From NCBI GenBank assembly GCA_965140585.1, contig OZ223264.1:839115-903114 (forward strand): a stretch of DNA of 64,000 bases, read 5' to 3'. Of the stretch, positions 9,830 to 18,434 are shown one piece after another (position 1 is the stretch's first letter; the number at the start of each line of letters is the position of its first letter). The position numbers and the translations under genes were made by a program. Under the pieces are notes generated by a model. That model did no database searches. It was given only the letters and a program-made list of their open reading frames with translations, and had not been told where the DNA came from. Source of the DNA: Spirochaetia bacterium. Its GTDB lineage: Bacteria; Spirochaetota; Spirochaetia; UBA9216.

Positions 9830-11245
9830 ATGAGGAAGTTTATAGCTGTAGACCTGGGAGCATCAAGCGGCAGGGTGATTGTCGGGGATCTCTACGGAAT
9901 AGAGATAATGACAAGATTTCCAAGCCGGATTGTCAGGATTAAAGACACAATATACTGGGATTTTCTTGCCCTTTTCACAGATATTAAAAAGGGTCTGAAG
10001 GAAGCCTTTGATAAATACGGAAGCCAGATTAAAAGTATCGGGATAGATACCTGGGGCGTTGATTATGCTCTGCTTGATAAAAACGGAGATCTCATCTCCA
10101 ACCCATACCACTACCGCGACAGCAGAACAGATGGTATGGAGGAGGAGTTTTTCAAGCTTGTTCCTAAAGAGGATATATACAAGGAAACCGGTATTCAGTT
10201 CATGCAGCTCAATACCATCTTCCAGCTGCTTGCTCACAGCAGAAAATCTCCTGAAACGGTTGCCGCTGCAAGGCATTTTCTTACCGTACCGGACCTGCTG
10301 AACTACTGGCTGACAGGCGTAATCAGCAACGAGTTTTCCGAAGCCTCAACGACCCAGCTGCTCAATCCCGAGACTCGCAAGTGGTCTGAAAGACTGATAA
10401 CCGCAGCCGGGTTTAAGCCTGAAATATTCAGTGATGTTGTCCTTCCGGGCGCCGTAATTGGAAAGCTCCTGCCGGAAGAGGCGGCCGAAATAGGGGCTCC
10501 TTCCGATGTTGTTGTAACGGCACCGGCCTGTCACGATACCGCATCAGCGGTTGCCGCAATGCCATATACCGGCAGCGGGAATGCAGCATACCTGAGTTCC
10601 GGTACCTGGTCTCTGCTCGGTATTGAACTTGAGAAACCCATTATCAATGATCTTAGCTTCAAGTATAATTTTACCAATGAAGGCGGCCGTGAAGGTCTTA
10701 TTACATACCTTAAGAATATAATGGGGCTCTGGGTAATTCAGGAATGCAAGGCCGACTGGGACAAGAGCGGGAACGAACTAGGCTGGGGTGAGATTGTGAG
10801 TCTTGCAGAGAAAGCCCGGACAGCGGAATGGCCTGTGGATCTCGATGATCCGCTGTTTTTGAAATCAAGTCTTACAGACGGCAGCATGCCCGGCCGCATC
10901 ATTCAGTACTGTAAGGATGCCGGAACTGATGTGCCTGCAAACCCGGGTGAGGTTGCTGCATGTGTATTCAGAAATCTTGCTGATAAGTATGCAAAAACTG
11001 TTGGAAAGCTTGAAGAAATAACCGGTAAGCGGGTGGAGCAGCTTAATATTATCGGCGGCGGCTGTCAGAATGATCTTATAAATAAATGGACTGCCGAAGC
11101 TCTTAAAAGACCTGTTCTGGCCGGACCGGTAGAGGCGACAGCCCTTGGAAATATTCTGATTCAGGCTGTATCTGCCGGTGAAGTTTCCTCCTATGAAGAA
11201 GGCAGAAAACTGATCGCTCAGAACTTCGAAATCAGAGAGTACTAA
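9830..11245 (+). CDS. FGGY-family carbohydrate kinase, rhamnulokinase-like
   Basis: 471 aa. AVDLGASSGRV phosphate-1 motif typical of rhamnulokinase-type FGGY kinases, GIDTWGVDY, and C-terminal IIGGGCQNDL. Confidence 0.75.
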   Translation: MRKFIAVDLGASSGRVIVGDLYGIEIMTRFPSRIVRIKDTIYWDFLALFTDIKKGLKEAFDKYGSQIKSIGIDTWGVDYALLDKNGDLISNPYHYRDSRTDGMEEEFFKLVPKEDIYKETGIQFMQLNTIFQLLAHSRKSPETVAAARHFLTVPDLLNYWLTGVISNEFSEASTTQLLNPETRKWSERLITAAGFKPEIFSDVVLPGAVIGKLLPEEAAEIGAPSDVVVTAPACHDTASAVAAMPYTGSGNAAYLSSGTWSLLGIELEKPIINDLSFKYNFTNEGGREGLITYLKNIMGLWVIQECKADWDKSGNELGWGEIVSLAEKARTAEWPVDLDDPLFLKSSLTDGSMPGRIIQYCKDAGTDVPANPGEVAACVFRNLADKYAKTVGKLEEITGKRVEQLNIIGGGCQNDLINKWTAEALKRPVLAGPVEATALGNILIQAVSAGEVSSYEEGRKLIAQNFEIREY

Positions 11246-11335
11246 AGCATAATAGAATTAAAAAGCTTCAGTTTTTTAATTCTTACCATAGATTTACACA
11301 CATAATATTTTTTTGAAAAAAAAAATTATGCAAAA

Positions 11336-11369
11336 ACACCGGGAAACCCGTACCGGGGCATCCCGGTGT
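11336..11369 (+). other. Strong nested stem-loop in the intergenic region
   Basis: ACACCGGGA (11336-11344) pairs with TCCCGGTGT (11361-11369). The loop contains a second CCCG/CGGG stem. Confidence 0.5.
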
Positions 11370-11404
11370 TTCATCCATCAAGAAGCGGGTGGAGATTTCT
11401 TTTG

Positions 11405-11431
11405 GCCGGCAGCCGATGCCGGTCTTTTTTT
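11405..11431 (+). terminator. Rho-independent terminator
   Basis: GCCGGCA-gccga-TGCCGGT stem-loop, then C and a run of seven T (11425-11431). Confidence 0.65.
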
Positions 11432-11534
11432 GCTGTACAGAATGATCATAAAAAATAGAATATAGTAAAACATATATAGACAAATAGAAATATAGCGTGT
11501 ATCCTGTGGTTAATAATTGAATGGAGAATCTGTA

Positions 11535-12050
11535 ATGAAATCCTCAAATCGTATAACCTCATTTTTTACTTCTAAAAGGAGATGGATACAGCTGCTTGCC
11601 GGTGCGGGGATGTTTGCCGCAGTATTTTACCTGCATATCAGCCTTTTGTATGTTCTCGGCGTCGGGGCTTTGGCAGGAATAATATTTGGAAAGGTTTTCT
11701 GCCGCTGGATCTGCCCGATGGGTTTTATCAAGGAGCTTCTAACCGGTTCAGTTCCCGATGAAGATAAGTTTATACAGACATACCAGTATCACAAAATGGG
11801 ATGCCCAATTGCCTGGGTTTCCGGATTCCTCAACAGGTTTTCATTGTTCAGGATAAAACTGGACCGGGACTCATGTAAAAACTGCGGAGTCTGCGACAGG
11901 GCCTGCTACCTATCTACACTGGAGTCAGAGACTTACAGTTTATATAAAGAAGATAAAAAGATTCCCGGAGAAGCATTCGCCTGTTCCAAATGTCTTAAAT
12001 GTGTTGAAGCCTGTCCTTCAGGATGTCTGAGCTACAGTCCGGGCAGATAG
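11535..12050 (+). CDS. Membrane-anchored 4Fe-4S ferredoxin-type protein
   Basis: Hydrophobic N-terminal segment, then CRWICPMG, CKNCGVCDRAC and CSKCLKCVEACP cysteine clusters. GGAGA RBS 7 nt upstream of ATG 11535; the ORF opens at TTG 11517. Confidence 0.7.
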   Translation: MKSSNRITSFFTSKRRWIQLLAGAGMFAAVFYLHISLLYVLGVGALAGIIFGKVFCRWICPMGFIKELLTGSVPDEDKFIQTYQYHKMGCPIAWVSGFLNRFSLFRIKLDRDSCKNCGVCDRACYLSTLESETYSLYKEDKKIPGEAFACSKCLKCVEACPSGCLSYSPGR

Positions 12051-12129
12051 CCGGAAGCATTAGAAAAACACTACTTGAAATTGCTGTCTCCAGCAAATAG
12101 AATGATGGAACTTTTTAAACGGGGTTCAT

Positions 12130-13053
12130 ATGGGCAATATCTTATCTTCTGTTTTCAGCGTGGTACCGATTTTCATCCTGATAATTTTCGGGATAATTCT
12201 CCGGCGTTTCAATTTTCTGAATGATGATTTTATTAAAAAATCCAATAAGATAATTTTTACATTTGCACTGCCGGCGACCCTTTTTCAGAAGATGCGCTCT
12301 ATTGAATCAGTACCATCCGAACTGCTTGGGGGGATTGGTGTCTTTCTTGCTGCAACCATCACCACAGTTTTTGTAACATGGCTCATCCTTCGTAGATACG
12401 AGCACCCTATGAGGGCAAGTGCACTGCAGGGGGCATTCCGCAGCAATGTTGCTATTGTAGGCCTTGCAGTTGTGCAGAATCTGCTGTCTGATTCCGGTGT
12501 TGCTGTGGCCATCGTAATTATAGCTTTTACTATGCCTGTTTATAATATACTTTGTATCATTGTTCTTGGGGATCACTCAGAACAGAAACCGTATCAGATT
12601 GTATTGAATGTAATTATAAAATTAATAAAAAATCCGCTGTTTTTGAGTCTTGCCGCCGGTTTATTGTTTTCGCTGATTAAAATCCCTGTACATTCGGTGA
12701 TTGATTCATCGTTGAATTATCTTTCCAGAATGACTCTGCCGCTTGCACTGCTTTGTGTAGGAGGTTCACTTCAGCTTTCCAGCCTTATTCATGGCAGGGT
12801 TTTATGGGGTGTAAGTTCATTCATGAAGCTTGTTCTTCTTCCGCTGCTTGTCTTTACTGCCTGCAGGCTTCTGAACTATTCGAATGAAATGACAGCTGTT
12901 CTTGTGCTTCTCGCAGGCAACCCGACTGCAGTTTCAACCTTTGCAATGGCAGACGGGTTCGGGGCTGATACAAGGCTTGCGGGTGAAATAATATCGGTGA
13001 CAACTATTTTTTCTATAATCACCATGTCGCTCTGGATTGTAGTTTTAATCTGA
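12130..13053 (+). CDS. AEC (auxin efflux carrier) family permease
   Basis: 307 aa, highly hydrophobic, with about 10 predicted TM segments in two halves as in AEC transporters. Confidence 0.7.
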   Translation: MGNILSSVFSVVPIFILIIFGIILRRFNFLNDDFIKKSNKIIFTFALPATLFQKMRSIESVPSELLGGIGVFLAATITTVFVTWLILRRYEHPMRASALQGAFRSNVAIVGLAVVQNLLSDSGVAVAIVIIAFTMPVYNILCIIVLGDHSEQKPYQIVLNVIIKLIKNPLFLSLAAGLLFSLIKIPVHSVIDSSLNYLSRMTLPLALLCVGGSLQLSSLIHGRVLWGVSSFMKLVLLPLLVFTACRLLNYSNEMTAVLVLLAGNPTAVSTFAMADGFGADTRLAGEIISVTTIFSIITMSLWIVVLI

Positions 13054-13382
13054 GTCATCGGTCGGCCGCTGTGAGGGCTAAGAGGGAGCATTCTTTTTAC
13101 TTCCGCGAGGATATTATTCCAGTCTGTCCGGCTGTCTTCAAGAAGTATTCCCAGCGGCTCAGTATATTCATGAAATAAGCTGAAAAACTTATTAACCGTC
13201 TGATTAAAGCTTGTTTCAAGAGCCTCTCCTGTGACCGGGTTTTTATAAGTTATGAGTCCATTCACAAAAGCTTCCTTAAGTCCCTCCGCAGCCTTCTTCC
13301 CGTAAAGCAAATGTTTCACGCGTACACTCAATCTGTGAATAGAATTCCTGATATGTACGGGAATGAGTTCAGGATAAACCAT
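12876..13382 (-). CDS. Hypothetical protein; the 3' third is probably not real coding sequence
   Basis: 168-aa ORF. The last 178 nt overlap the convergent AEC gene on the opposite strand. No recognisable motif. It lies downstream of the methyltransferase, in a different frame from ORF 13414-13617. Confidence 0.3.
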   Translation of the reverse strand: MVYPELIPVHIRNSIHRLSVRVKHLLYGKKAAEGLKEAFVNGLITYKNPVTGEALETSFNQTVNKFFSLFHEYTEPLGILLEDSRTDWNNILAEVKRMLPLSPHSGRPMTQIKTTIQSDMVIIEKIVVTDIISPASLVSAPNPSAIAKVETAVGLPARSTRTAVISFE

Positions 13383-13413
13383 CTAAGACGGATATCTATT
13401 TCAGTTTCCAGTG

Positions 13414-13617
13414 CTATGTCCATCCTTCGATGCTATTAACTGTTTTCTTTCCGGTACCGTGCTTATAATTGAAAACGGAATCTGGAACCATTGCCCCGGT
13501 CATAAAGATATTAGGACTCGATTCAATGAGCTTTGAAAGCTGTTTAAGTTCCTTACGTGATTTAAGATATTCTCTCAGTCTGAAGTTAAGATAAATATGA
13601 GATGATTCCTTGGGCAA
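13414..13617 (-). CDS. Hypothetical small protein (67 aa), possibly the 5' piece of a disrupted gene
   Basis: Starts 24 nt after the methyltransferase stop. Separated by 31 nt and a frame change from ORF 12876-13382. Confidence 0.3.
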   Translation of the reverse strand: MPKESSHIYLNFRLREYLKSRKELKQLSKLIESSPNIFMTGAMVPDSVFNYKHGTGKKTVNSIEGWT

Positions 13618-13641
13618 AACAGGCCTCCTGCGGCAATTGTA

Positions 13642-15492
13642 TTATCTGAGTTCTGAACGGATATATTCGGTTTCTTTTACCGAAATACCATAATAATCAT
13701 ATAATATATCTTCTGTATTACTCTGCCCAGGATTAAGAAGCTTCCTGCCCTGCTCAATAGCTTCGGGTTCAGGTAACGGCAACGCTTCAAGATTTTTACG
13801 AAGAACTTTCAGGGCATTAAAACGCTTCTGGTAGATGAAATTATATAGGTCTGTATTAAATATTTCAGTCAGTAATCTGCAGCTGATAAATGACTCATCC
13901 GGGATGATTATATTTGCGCTGTTCAGTGTCAGGCTGCTGCATGTATCAACTGCGCATATCAGTTTTTTTGAAATGAAACGATACACAATTTTTTCGGGTT
14001 TCCTGTAAAGTTCTTCTGCAGCGGCCTGCTGAAGCCTGTCTTTTTCGAAAATTATAAATTTGGATGCTGGTTTTATAAATCCGGGATAAATATCAGACCC
14101 TGTTATTACCGGTTCTGCATTATCGGATTCTCTGCTGCGAAGATACCTGCGGTTATCACCGGTAACAATACCAAGTGCCCATTCTGCATTCCCTGTAAGT
14201 GTCTCCGCGGCTTTTTTCTCAATCTTTTGAATTATGGCGGAATCTTCTGATTTCAGGTAAAAATCAAAGATATAATCTGCATTTCCAAGATACCTGCTGC
14301 TTTGAGCATTTCTTTCCGGGATTGTTTTTTTTCTGAACTCGAGACTAACCACCGATGTAAAAACATTTTTAAATATGCGGCCGTGATTTATTATTGAAGT
14401 TATTTCAGCATTCTCAAGTATCTCTTTTCTGGCAGTTTTATGCTTTTTTATATTAGTAACAGATTCTGGTAAAAGCATTGAGACCATGCCTCCCTCAGAG
14501 ACAAGACGGCAGCTGAGTTTGAGGAAACTTGAAAAACTGTCTTCACCTTTGCTCTGTTTAAGCTCGGCGCCCCAGGGCGGGTTTGTTACTATAATATCCG
14601 GTTTGCTGCCGATAAGCTCATGCATTTTTTGGGCTGTCATCTCTAGCGCATCAGTGCAAATAATCTTCGGAGAGAAATCAATTTCAGGAAATCTTGCCAT
14701 CAGGTTGGCTTTCGCTATCCTGACGGCTATGGGGTCTGAATCAAATCCGATTATATTTTCAGGTGATGCACCTGCCTCTGCAAACGACAGCAGAAACTGT
14801 CCGGAACCGCAGCATGGATCCAGAAACAGTAGCTTTTCTGCTGTATTTCCTTTGTCTGCTTTTAACCCTGCAACAGCAGATGATGTCATTTCTTCTGCTG
14901 TGATTCCGGGTGTATAGAAAGAGCCTTTAACAGCCATTTCCCCTCGCTGCAGCATTGCCTGATAGATACAGCCTGCCGGATCTTCTATCTGTAGCTCCGG
15001 GATCATATGAAGGTAAGAAGAGAACGGGATTGTTGTCAGAGCTGTTTCGGCATACCAGGATGAGATGAACGCTTTGACAGCAGGATGCCGGAACTCAGTT
15101 TCAATGTAGCCCCGGAGATTTCCGTCTGCTGCCATATTAATAAGTCCGGCTTTCTGAAGCTGTTTCAGTACTGCAGTAAAAATCACTGTGTTAAGATCTG
15201 TATCATCGGGGGGGCACTTCTTTAAAAAAGCTTTCAGAGCAGCCGCGTCAGTTTTCTGCAGAATATGCCCGGAGGGATTGGTTGTCCCGGAAGCCTGTTT
15301 TTTATTTGCCCTGCTGCTGAGTCTGCTGACAGTTCCGTTTTTGATGCTCTTCAGCAGTTCATTCACTTCGGAAGCCGCAAATTTGCCGTCCATTCTAACC
15401 AGAAGACTATGTTTTTCCCAGTTTTTTATACTGGCTTTTGTAATCCCGAGTATCTCAGCTGTTTCTTCTGCGGAAATAAGTTCATCGTTCAT
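13642..15492 (-). CDS. N6-adenine DNA methyltransferase (gamma-class, Eco57I/TaqI-like) with an N-terminal MerR/excisionase-type HTH
   Basis: 616 aa. AdoMet motif LDPCCGSGQF precedes the catalytic motif TNPPWG. N-terminus is ISAEETAEILGITKASIKNWEKH. The C-terminal third is consistent with a target-recognition domain. Confidence 0.85.
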   Translation of the reverse strand: MNDELISAEETAEILGITKASIKNWEKHSLLVRMDGKFAASEVNELLKSIKNGTVSRLSSRANKKQASGTTNPSGHILQKTDAAALKAFLKKCPPDDTDLNTVIFTAVLKQLQKAGLINMAADGNLRGYIETEFRHPAVKAFISSWYAETALTTIPFSSYLHMIPELQIEDPAGCIYQAMLQRGEMAVKGSFYTPGITAEEMTSSAVAGLKADKGNTAEKLLFLDPCCGSGQFLLSFAEAGASPENIIGFDSDPIAVRIAKANLMARFPEIDFSPKIICTDALEMTAQKMHELIGSKPDIIVTNPPWGAELKQSKGEDSFSSFLKLSCRLVSEGGMVSMLLPESVTNIKKHKTARKEILENAEITSIINHGRIFKNVFTSVVSLEFRKKTIPERNAQSSRYLGNADYIFDFYLKSEDSAIIQKIEKKAAETLTGNAEWALGIVTGDNRRYLRSRESDNAEPVITGSDIYPGFIKPASKFIIFEKDRLQQAAAEELYRKPEKIVYRFISKKLICAVDTCSSLTLNSANIIIPDESFISCRLLTEIFNTDLYNFIYQKRFNALKVLRKNLEALPLPEPEAIEQGRKLLNPGQSNTEDILYDYYGISVKETEYIRSELR

Positions 15493-15669
15493 AGATTAAT
15501 ATTCAGGAATAATATCATTTTTACCTGAGGGTGTAAAATCAGGTTCAAAATTAAATTTCATGGATAACAATTAAGAAAGATCAGGGTCTTTAGATCCATG
15601 GAGGCATCTATTTGCTTTTAGAGCTTGATCTGTTAAATGATAAACAATATTATGAATTGATATTAATAT

Positions 15670-16341
15670 ATGGCTGAATACGAATCCGGTAAAATTACCA
15701 AGTTAAAAATCCTAAATGCATATAAGCAATTGTTTTACCTTCAGGGATATAAAAAAACCACATACAAGGATGTTTTTAATCTTACCGGATTGAATCAAGG
15801 GCTTATCACATACCATTACAAGTCAAAACGAGCAATAGCCGGTCAAATTCATACTGAATTCAGAATAAACATCAAGAACACTGTAAAACAATATTTTCAA
15901 TCTAAAAGTATAAAGTACGATCTTCGTGTAGCATCGGCTTTGGAACAGATTATTTATAGTCAAATAAAATTTAGTGATGAAAATTTGAAACGTTTTGTAT
16001 ATGAAATTTCCATGGAAGGTATTTTTATGGAATATGAAATTTCCGAATTAAAATTTTTTTGGGACTTACATGTAAAAGAGTATAATCTGGATTTAAGTGA
16101 TTCTGAAATAAGAATGATTCAGGTAGAGAATTCTTCCGTAACATGGGGAATAACAACCAAGATGATTGAAGGGTATCTTGATATTTCAAAAGATGAGTAT
16201 GCTGATCTTAGAACAAGACTTATGTACAGATCCATGGGGCTTTCTGATCAGGAAATTGATAAAATACTGGAAGAAAGCTATTTGCATTACGGTCAGATAG
16301 ATATTTCTTTGGTCGAATTTTTTAGAATTAGTATAAATTGA
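15670..16341 (+). CDS. TetR family transcriptional regulator
   Basis: 223 aa. The N-terminal HTH region (KILNAYKQLFYLQGYKKTTYKDVFNLTGLNQGLITYHYKSK) matches the TetR_N pattern. AT-rich gene. Confidence 0.75.
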   Translation: MAEYESGKITKLKILNAYKQLFYLQGYKKTTYKDVFNLTGLNQGLITYHYKSKRAIAGQIHTEFRINIKNTVKQYFQSKSIKYDLRVASALEQIIYSQIKFSDENLKRFVYEISMEGIFMEYEISELKFFWDLHVKEYNLDLSDSEIRMIQVENSSVTWGITTKMIEGYLDISKDEYADLRTRLMYRSMGLSDQEIDKILEESYLHYGQIDISLVEFFRISIN

Positions 16342-16363
16342 AGTAAATTTTTTTCTCCATAGA

Positions 16364-16401
16364 TTATGTATACATAAATTTAGGTAAACATAAATTTATG
16401 T
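16364..16401. promoter_or_regulatory. Two 14-bp perfect palindromes (candidate TetR operators)
   Basis: TTATGTATACATAA (16364-16377) and ACATAAATTTATGT (16388-16401) share the half-site ACATAA/TTATGT and abut the -35 box. Confidence 0.55.
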
Positions 16402-16402
16402 G

Positions 16403-16432
16403 TTGACAAAATAGAATTCCCAATGAGATAAT
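16403..16432 (+). promoter_or_regulatory. Sigma70-like promoter of the 16484 gene
   Basis: TTGACA (16403-16408), an 18-nt spacer, then GATAAT (16427-16432). Confidence 0.5.
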
Positions 16433-16483
16433 TTTCTAAATATAAAACAAAGAATCCCAATTAGGGAAAAGGATGAGAGAGGA

Positions 16484-18031
16484 ATGTATATAAAAAAAAC
16501 CAATGGAATTAAGCTGAATGTCAAACCTGTATTTATTGCTTTTTATCATGAATATGTATTTGAAGGGCCTTGTCGTTTCGGAATGGAAGAAGAACTTACA
16601 AAAGAATATGATATGAAGGGCAGCGCTGCGGCATACAAGAAGTTTCAGGAAGAACTTGAACAGTATATGCCTGAAGGAGTAAATGTTCTTGCTCCCGTAT
16701 ATGTGGAGAGAAACGAGGAACTCCGGATACAGGAAGATCTTCTTGAGAAAATCGGCGAAGGTAGTGATGAAGCGGATGTTTATCTGTTCGGTGAAAAGGG
16801 CCGCGGATACGATATCATCGTAGAATTTGCACAGCGCTACGGAAAGCCCATCATGTTCACAGAAAACCCGTTATATAATTCAATAACTGGTGCAGCTCTG
16901 CTTGCAAGGGGCCTTGAGGCATATCCAACAATGACCTGGGAAGATACTGTTGAAACTCTGAAGGTTTTACGGGTAAGAAAAGTTCTAAAAGAGACGAGGG
17001 TTTTGCTTGCTCCAAGAGAGAATTCAAACATTTCTTTCAGCACGACCGATTCTTTTTTATCACTTGAAGATGTTACTGCAAAGCTGGGCATCAGGTTTAG
17101 GTATATTAATGCACATGAACTGCTGGATCAGTTGCATGATAGCGACCCGGAAAACAATTATACTCTGCCCAGAAAGAAAGGCTTGAATCCTACATCGGAA
17201 GATCTGAAGGAGATCGGCAAGATCACTGATGATTTTATTGCGGGCGCTGTGGAGTGCGATATGAAACGGGATGATGTATTTAAATCTGTTAATGCATTTC
17301 ATACCGTAAAAAGACTTATGGCCGATAATCAATGCAGCGCCTTCTCTATGCCCTGTCCGGATGTTTGTGCAACCAGGCGTTTGAATCAGGAAGAGATCAC
17401 TTTCTGCCTGACTCATTCGTTGCTAAATGAAGAAGGGATTCCATCATCATGTGAATATGATATCCCGGCGCTTCTTTCTCTGATAGTGCTTATGAATTTC
17501 TCCGATTCGGCGCCGTATATGGGAAATACAGTTCCCATGATGATAAAAGATGGTAAGCGCCAATTGGGAACTTCACACCTATTCAGATCCAGGGAATCGC
17601 TTGAAGTTGATATTCCAAATCTTGGAGATACTGCTAATGTTATTCTTACCTTTCATGCTGTTCCTAACCGTAAAATGAAGGGATTTGATAAAGTCCCCGG
17701 TCCTTATGCAATCAGGCCTTTTGCCAGGGCAGGTAAATGGGGTGCAACAATACGCTATGACTTTAATAAAGACAAAGGCCAGGTGATAACCATGTGCCGT
17801 TTCGACCCGTCATGCAGAAAATTGTTTCTTGCAAAAGGCACCATAGTCGGCGGAATAGGCTATCATGATGAAAACTGCAGTGAAGGGGTATTTTTTACGG
17901 TAAAAGACGATAAAGATTTCTACAATAAGCAGGTTGCATTTGGTAATCATGTTCCGCTTGTTTATGGAGACTACTTTTCTCAGGTAAAAAGGTTAGGTGA
18001 AATTCTTGGGCTTGAAGTCGTGACTTCCTAA
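16484..18031 (+). CDS. Hypothetical protein, possibly of the fucose/arabinose-isomerase-like superfamily
   Basis: 515-aa ORF with a GAGAGGA RBS. The general layout and the C-terminal GNHVPLVYGDY...LG motif are reminiscent of FucI/AraA-like proteins. This is only a recollection-level match. Confidence 0.35.
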   Translation: MYIKKTNGIKLNVKPVFIAFYHEYVFEGPCRFGMEEELTKEYDMKGSAAAYKKFQEELEQYMPEGVNVLAPVYVERNEELRIQEDLLEKIGEGSDEADVYLFGEKGRGYDIIVEFAQRYGKPIMFTENPLYNSITGAALLARGLEAYPTMTWEDTVETLKVLRVRKVLKETRVLLAPRENSNISFSTTDSFLSLEDVTAKLGIRFRYINAHELLDQLHDSDPENNYTLPRKKGLNPTSEDLKEIGKITDDFIAGAVECDMKRDDVFKSVNAFHTVKRLMADNQCSAFSMPCPDVCATRRLNQEEITFCLTHSLLNEEGIPSSCEYDIPALLSLIVLMNFSDSAPYMGNTVPMMIKDGKRQLGTSHLFRSRESLEVDIPNLGDTANVILTFHAVPNRKMKGFDKVPGPYAIRPFARAGKWGATIRYDFNKDKGQVITMCRFDPSCRKLFLAKGTIVGGIGYHDENCSEGVFFTVKDDKDFYNKQVAFGNHVPLVYGDYFSQVKRLGEILGLEVVTS

Positions 18032-18434
18032 ATCCTGTTATTGATAAGGGGCTGACTTAATAATCGCAGGATCATGGAACCTCTGTGATATTTTTCTCCC
18101 AAAGAATTTGAAATGATGTATTATGAACAGGAAGAAAGTCTGGCTGTAAGTGCCGGACTCAAATAAAACCGTCTCCGGGATTCTCGGGGCGGTTCAATTG
18201 CGTTTCTTTTGAATTTCGCGTCATACCGACGTCTCTTTTTCTCACTAATAGTTAATATCTCATTCTATTTGAATTTGGTCTTAACTACACTCCGGAGAAT
18301 CGAGGCAGGAGCAACCTCAACTTATAATACCAATTTAAATGTTTAGAATTGTGAAAAATCATATACTGTATAACTTCACATGGACTTTCCTCATTATGAT
18401 ATTATATGTAAGTTATTCATAGTCATAAAATTTA

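Noticed and set aside
11283-11483. 66-aa minus-strand ORF in the spacer after the kinase gene.
   Set aside because: It overlaps the hairpins, the homopolymer runs and the terminator. Its sequence is low-complexity and has no RBS, so this is more likely structured non-coding DNA.
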